A DNA stretch of 64,000 bases, taken from NCBI GenBank assembly GCA_977017575.1, contig CDRNVI010000056.1, positions 186,001 through 250,000 on the forward strand, read 5' to 3'. The position numbers and the translations under genes are program-made. Under the pieces are notes generated by a model that ran no database searches, was not told where the DNA came from, and was given only the letters and a program-made list of their open reading frames with translations. The stretch's first letter is position 1; every line of letters begins with the position of its first letter. This DNA is from Paramoeba atlantica. Taxonomy: Eukaryota; Protista; Discosea. Positions 59,474 through 64,000 of this stretch are shown one piece after another.

Positions 59474-60256
59474 ATGTACGGTACCTATTGCATCGACGAC
59501 GGATCCGATTTACGTCGAGGCAAAGTGACCTCTCTGCTACTGCCCCAGGAGGATATGCTTGAACGTCTAATTTCAAACCTAACTGAAAAGCATAAATCCT
59601 GGCGTACGACGAAGAGGAATATTTTTGGGAACGTCAAGCGTTTATCGGCCTGCCAATGGCGAGGCGTTACGTGTGATGAGGATCAAACAGTGAGCCAAAT
59701 TGAATGGTTTTCAATGAAACTTTCTGGCACCTTACAGTGGGAGTTCTTACCTTATACGTTGCAACATTGTAACCTTTACTGTAACAAGCTAGGCGGATCA
59801 CCTAAACTTGATGCGTTGCCATCACGACTTACTTATTTAAGCATTTCGATCAACCATTTTACCGGTGAGTTAAACTTAACCCAATTGCCAAACACATTGT
59901 CTACACTTGGGTTGAATAACAACCAATTTGAAGGGAATGTTGATCTTACGAATCTCTGTTCTGGGATGAAATGTTTACGTCTTCAAGGTAATCAACTTTC
60001 CGGTGCCGTCGATCTTTCTCACTTGCCAAATAATTTGCAACGCTTAGATTTATCCAGGAACAGGTTCTCCGGGTTAGTAATGTTTGACCGTCTTCCTCCA
60101 AACTTGTTATGTCTGTATGTAGACACAAACGAGGATCTTTATGGCGAAATTGACAAGTCGGTTCTTCCTAAGGCGTTACAAACTATTGAGTTCCGGTATA
60201 CAAACATTGAATACAATACAAATGCAGTACAAAAGATTTATAAAATGGCAGTATAA
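59474..60256 (+). CDS. LRR protein, subfamily B; close paralog of 53465..54223
   Basis: Near-identical coding and flanking sequence. Confidence 0.9.
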   Translation: MYGTYCIDDGSDLRRGKVTSLLLPQEDMLERLISNLTEKHKSWRTTKRNIFGNVKRLSACQWRGVTCDEDQTVSQIEWFSMKLSGTLQWEFLPYTLQHCNLYCNKLGGSPKLDALPSRLTYLSISINHFTGELNLTQLPNTLSTLGLNNNQFEGNVDLTNLCSGMKCLRLQGNQLSGAVDLSHLPNNLQRLDLSRNRFSGLVMFDRLPPNLLCLYVDTNEDLYGEIDKSVLPKALQTIEFRYTNIEYNTNAVQKIYKMAV

Positions 60257-60494
60257 ACACAGGTACAAAATAGCTGTTTTCACCTAACAAATACCAGTGC
60301 TGCGCGCTATTTCGAGACTATTTGGGCTATTAATCTGTTCATTTATGCTGAATGAAACGCGCGAAGCGAGATTTGGAAGCTGTCATGTGATAATGCGTTT
60401 CCCGTATCCTTGGTGTAGCTTTCTATGCGAAAGGGGGTAAAGGCGACAACTACATCTAATACCGATATATAGCCCCATATATTACGATTGTATT

Positions 60495-62040
60495 ATTGCG
60501 GTGGTTGTATAACTACCGCTCTACCCTCGATTATTGAAAAAAAGTGAACACAAACAGTGAAAATATAAAGAGGAACACAGTAATAAAGGAAAAAAATATA
60601 AAAGGGGGCTCCGTTGGTCCAAAATTGAAAAACAAAATTGAAAAAGTGGGGGCTCTAGGGGGGGGTCCATGGGGGGAGGGGGGCATACCGCACGAATTTT
60701 TTTTTGAAACAACTAGTCACTCACTACAAAGAAATTCACGTGGTGAAACTCCAAAAAGCCTTGGCACGACGAGGTCAATATCTGCTCTTCGCAAAGCAAA
60801 AAGCCTACAAGGCGCTCTTAAGAGAATAGGAGGACGAGCTAGTGGAGCTAGCGGCGAAACATTTCGCAGGCTTGGCAGCTCTTCGGTAGCGAGAAAGGTG
60901 CTCCAGCGAAGATAGGCTTCGATACATCCAGATGAGATCAAAAAACTGGGTCGATATCGAATTCCCGGAAGACATCGAGGTGGATGAGGATCTGGAGGAA
61001 CCCCTTTCTACCGATACTGGCATCTCAGTGTCTCTCTCGTTAGGTCCACAACAATCTGGACAGGTTCGTATCCACGGTTTGAGCCCTGTGACACGGATTG
61101 AAGAGGTGAAAACCGAAGTCGGCAAAGCCATTGGCCTACGAAAACACATGATTGCCATCATGGAAAGTTCCTCTGGGGCTATTCTTCCGCCGAACCTGCG
61201 CTTAGGGGAGCTCCCCGAGTCTGCTAAAATGGTAGCCTCGCTTCACCTCCCCCCCGGAGATCCAGAGGACATGGGTGACTCGATTCAGATTTATGGAATA
61301 CACTCCTCAAAAAACGCGGTGCGTGTGCCGGAGAATTTCGAACCTCAATATCTCCCAGCACTACTGTGTGAGCAGCTAGGCATTGACATGGATGGGTAGC
61401 GTATGGAGCGCCTCTCATTCGGAGCGTATGGGCACCGTTTGGTGCTTCCTTCCTATGATACCGAGATGAACTCTCCGGCCGCACTTCCCCGAACCATAGT
61501 CGCATGATGAATCGTATTTGCTCATCGGTGCAATTCATGTACATTGCCATCAATGCTTCAATCACACCATACGCGTCCTCGGACGTAATCCGCAACATGA
61601 AGTTTATTACCAGAGAGCATGTGACATAATTCTAATGATACGAATTGCGAAATTTGATATGAATTCCGAACCTTTTGGGGTGACCAAAAAACTTTTTTTT
61701 GCCCCCAAAAAAGGTAAAAATACTATTTCTCCAAAAACGACTCCTAAAACGTATTCGGAGAGCTTGGGACCTCGGCTGCCATTCTACGACGTTTTTTTCG
61801 ACAGATTCGCCTCCTGCCCCTACTGGTAAGGCATCCAAAACTGCTCAAATTCGGGTTAAAATTTCGCAATTTTCGCCTAAAAATCGGGCTTTTTCACCCA
61901 AAAAAATAGATTATTCAAGCTCTTTTGACGATTTTTCTTTTTTAGGATCTTCATTAAACGCGGAGGCAGTTTTCAACGCGAAGCGCGCAGCATGAGTAAC
62001 TTCTAAGTTGAAAACAACCACCGCGTTTAACGAAGAGCCT
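60495..62040 (+). mobile_element. Family H copy with an internal extra segment
   Basis: Left palindrome 60498-60519; terminal hairpin 61944-62040. Confidence 0.55.
60932..61399 (+). CDS. Hypothetical protein, possible ubiquitin-like fold
   Basis: VRIHGLSPVTRIEEVKTEVGKAIG..GAILPPNLRLGEL pattern; weak. Confidence 0.35.
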   Translation: MRSKNWVDIEFPEDIEVDEDLEEPLSTDTGISVSLSLGPQQSGQVRIHGLSPVTRIEEVKTEVGKAIGLRKHMIAIMESSSGAILPPNLRLGELPESAKMVASLHLPPGDPEDMGDSIQIYGIHSSKNAVRVPENFEPQYLPALLCEQLGIDMDG

Positions 62041-63748
62041 AATTTGCGTATTCACGTATAGTTTTCACGGGATTTTCAACGTTTTTCTCATCTCTATCGA
62101 GAAAAGGCTTTCGAGTCTCCCTGAAACCGCGCGAAACCGCGCTGAAGCCTCACCCGCAGCCCAAGTGAAAACGCATATTTTAAAAAAAATTATAAAAAAC
62201 GCAATTTTTCCAAGTTGAAATTTCATGCGCCAAGTCTAGGATGGATCTAACGAGTGACCTAGCGGGGACTGGTTGAAGGACAAATGTAATGCGGTTTGCA
62301 CGGTACAGGGAAAGAGCATTTTGGGAAGAACTTGTGAGCTATAGGATGCCCTCTTTTTCTATTTCTACAAGAAAGCTACAACTCTCTTCACTTTTTACCA
62401 CGCGTAATCTAGGCGTATCCACACCACTTGCCGCACAACGTGCCACACCCCTCATCATACCACCTGATATCGCATGGCCCCTCTCAGCCTCTACACCTCC
62501 AGCTCTCTTCTGACCCAAGAAATTTCTCCGGATCCACCGACCGATCTGTCTACCGCGTGCCTTCCTGGGCATGAAACACTGATAAACATCATATAGTTTT
62601 TATAGTACTATAGTAGTACTATATACATAGTAGTGTTTATAGTACTATAAACAAGGTTTATAGTACTATAAATTTTCTTTAAACACTATAAACTATCTAT
62701 AAATAGTTTTAGTGACCTCTGTAAATTTTCACATAGGTAGTCTAGTGGTAAGTCGCCTTTTCGGAGCGCGGAGCTTCTTCCACTCTTTGTCAAGATTTGA
62801 ATTTAACATCACTGAAATTGTCTACGTTTATCGAATTCTGGGCGCACGAAAGCGTCAAAGAAGCAGACGGTTCAGAAGATTCGATCGGTAAGACTCGATC
62901 AGAAGATTGGTCGTCTGATTTACATTCAGTGCATTTCAGAGAGGGGGAAGTACGAACTCGATATTCAGGGGCTTTCATTGACGTTGACTTTTCATTCTGT
63001 GTTGTGGAATGACTTGGGGACGTTTCTATCCATGAATATTCCTTGGCGGGTCGTTTGATGTAAGTATGGGCTACTCGCAAAATGCTTGCGCGATGTTTCA
63101 CTCATACTACAGAATGCGCTTTTCCGAAGAGTGATGTAATCCCCACGCGCTAAGCAATTCATTTTATGCTCCCTTGAAGATTCGATCATTCACTTGAATT
63201 GCCTTGTGCACCCTCCTGGTATGGTGCCGGGATCACAGTTTTCGTGTAGCTCATCAGGTACGATGACAAATGTAATCATCAGTGACAATGGCTTTCGAGG
63301 GAGGGTGTGTTTGGGCGTGTCAGGGTGGCTGGGTGGGGTGAGGGGTGGCTGCGCGGGAGCGAATGGCCTAGTTGCGGGGTTCGCTGGACAGAAAATCTAC
63401 GCACTCATGGCCAAAAAAGGCCTTTGCCCACCAAAAAAGCATACCCCCCCAGTAACAAGGATTTGGACTTTTTAGTCCAAAATCGATTCTATTACTGGAG
63501 GGGGGGTATACGGTAGCAAAGTAAAAAAACGGGGTGGGTAAGAGGAGTGAATAGCAAATAAGAACAAGAGTATGTTATACTATTTCTTCGTATCACTAAA
63601 AAGATGTGTGCGTAAAAATGAGGAGTATAGAAAACATAAGTTTAGAACACTTTTTTTTTATAGAATCTTTGAAGAAAACAATGGCTTGAGACGCGATCTC
63701 ACTTACATGATTCTCATAACACAAACGTGTGATGATCAGTCACCACAC

Positions 63749-64000
63749 ATGAAACGTAGGAAACAGCACCGAGACGTCTCAAGTAGCGCGGAAGTCTGTA
63801 ATCCATCTAGCCGCCCTGGCAAAATACGTGGAGCTCTTTTACCGCAAGAATATGAACTGCAAAGGCTTATTTCCGATGTAATGTCTCCAGACCCATCCTG
63901 GAAGACATCCACAGCTGCATGCGATTGGGCAGGAGTGACGTGCAACGAACAAGGAGAAGTGACGGAAATTGATTGGAGTTACAGCTCGGTACTTCGTGCA
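63749..64000 (+). CDS. LRR protein N-terminus (subfamily C-like), runs off the window
   Basis: Translated by hand: MKRRKQ..SRPGKIRGALLPQEYELQRLISDV..SWKTSTAACDWAGVTCNEQGEVTEIDW. Confidence 0.85.
   Translation, partial: MKRRKQHRDVSSSAEVCNPSSRPGKIRGALLPQEYELQRLISDVMSPDPSWKTSTAACDWAGVTCNEQGEVTEIDWSYSSVLRA

Noticed and set aside
1247-60256. Diversity-generating retroelement acting on the LRR genes
   Set aside because: The RT is DIRS/VIPER type, and differences between close LRR paralogs involve all four bases, not adenines only; no template/variable repeat pair was found

Overview
Eukaryotic, intron-free, repeat-dense nuclear DNA. It is most likely from a kinetoplastid, possibly a Perkinsela/Ichthyobodo-like lineage. 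This is inferred from three copies of a spliced-leader-like sequence (ACAGTTTCTGTACCTTGTTG), a trypanosomatid-type mitochondrial HslV gene and a gag-YR-RT/RNaseH retroelement. The window is dominated by about 14 copies of a short leucine-rich-repeat (LRR) gene family in three subfamilies (intact, truncated or frameshifted) whose exposed LRR positions vary strongly. These are interleaved with many mobile elements: one apparently intact tyrosine-recombinase retrotransposon (about 760-6860, minus), remnants of related elements, Tc1/IS630-type DNA transposons and TA-flanked MITEs, two Merlin/IS1595 remnants, two IS30-like remnants, a possible hAT remnant and hairpin-ended repeats. The only conserved housekeeping gene is hslV, which carries a ~167-aa low-complexity in-frame insertion. 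The most unusual observations are: a two-unit SL-RNA-like cassette with covarying helices inserted into an LRR gene; an SL fragment fused upstream of a Cys/His-repeat ORF; a pseudoknotted ~250-nt structured element present twice with compensatory changes; IS30-family transposases in a eukaryote; and an LRR gene forming identical direct repeats on both sides of the YR retroelement. All assignments come from reading motifs by eye; no database searches were run.
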